Source: Felis catus (Eukaryota). Taken from it: 64,000 bases of DNA. Position numbers and translations under genes: made by a program. The stretch is from positions 177,136,001-177,200,000 of the forward strand of contig NC_058368.1 in NCBI RefSeq assembly GCF_018350175.1. The letters are read 5' to 3'. Shown here one piece after another: positions 63,172-64,000 of this stretch. Below the pieces are notes generated by a model. It did not search any database, had not been told where the DNA came from, and was given only the letters and a program-made list of their open reading frames with translations. Each line of letters starts with the position of its first letter. Position 1 is the first letter of the stretch.

Positions 63172-63248
63172 GAGAGAGAGAGAGAGAGAGAGAGAGAAAG
63201 TGTGTGTCTAATAAAACTATGAAGTTAGCCAAAAAAAAAAAAAAAAAA
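63172..63248. repeat. (GA)n and poly(A) simple repeats
   Basis: GA run at 63172-63197 and A run at 63231-63248. Confidence 0.85.
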
Positions 63249-64000
63249 GTGAACCAGTTTAAACTAGGACTAACTCTCAGCATTTTTTTAAAGAACAGCT
63301 GGACTGGAATATCTGGATGTCTGTGAACAAGCTGAACTGAATCAATATCTCAGTTGGTTCAGGTATCCAGATTGAACCAGTTGATCGTTACGTCAGATAA
63401 TCAAGCGTTCAGACCGTGTAGAGTATTTGCTAAGATTCCAAGACTAATGGGGCACAGGAGTAATAATACTAGTGTTAATAACAGTGTGTATCATTTATTT
63501 TCCACCTCCTTTTTATGTGTCAGGCTCTAGGCACTAGGTTGTTTCATGTAATCCTTATGCACAAGTTCTCTGTGGTGGCTTTTTGGTATATGCAGTTATT
63601 GAACTGAACTGACTTGCTTAAGGTTGCACATTTATTTAAGTGACAGAACTGGGCTATGAATGTAGGTCTGGATAGCTGCAAAGCCAGTGCTCTAGTCACC
63701 ATTCTGTAGTGATATTAACTTGGCAACTGCCTTTTGTTTGAGAACAAATTCCTTATTTCTAGTATCAAAAGTTGAAAGCTAACGCACCTAGAATGTAGTG
63801 GTTCCATGTAGTGGACGGACAGATTTTCTTGGGAATGCCATTTGTGAGCTGTCAGCTGGGGAGAGTGTTAGTGCTAAGCCTTCCTCAAGGGTAGGACTGA
63901 TGATTTGGATCGACAGCAGGGATCATGTGAATCAAGTTGTAGTGCCTCCTTCCAAGCTCTGGTGTGGGTAGTGCTGGACAATCAGTACAACTTCTTGACA

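Noticed and set aside
1..64000. CRISPR arrays, operons or other prokaryote-type systems
   Set aside because: The sequence is mammalian; all regularly repeated units are SINEs, TSDs or microsatellites.

Overview
Mammalian DNA from a carnivoran, most likely a felid, judged by the dense tRNA-derived Can-SINEs, including young SINEC_Fc-type copies. The only protein-coding gene I can support is the 5' part of FBXW11 (beta-TrCP2, an SCF ubiquitin-ligase F-box/WD40 receptor) on the + strand. It has a CpG-island promoter at about 21.5-22.8 kb, coding exon 1 at 22131-22175 (MEPDSVIEDKTIELM), a 37.5 kb intron 1, and the 102-nt cassette exon 2 at 59733-59834; the rest of the gene lies beyond the window. 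Bases 1-21,500 are intergenic and almost entirely transposon-derived. They include a decayed ERV-L-class provirus with both LTRs (about 1-11,052) holding nested L1, MaLR, Tigger and SINE insertions, plus further LTRs and L1 pieces. I found no convincing new multi-gene system, and nearly all ORFs in the track are repeat or GC artefacts. The best smaller observations are a 35-nt 5'-half tRNA-Thr insertion with a 21-bp target-site duplication (tailless retrocopy), a candidate 68-nt poison exon in FBXW11 intron 1, a splicing-regulatory and internally duplicated structure of exon 2, a triple ZNF143-type promoter, and a strong antisense bias of intronic SINEs. Repeat family names come from recognition by eye, and repeat boundaries are approximate.
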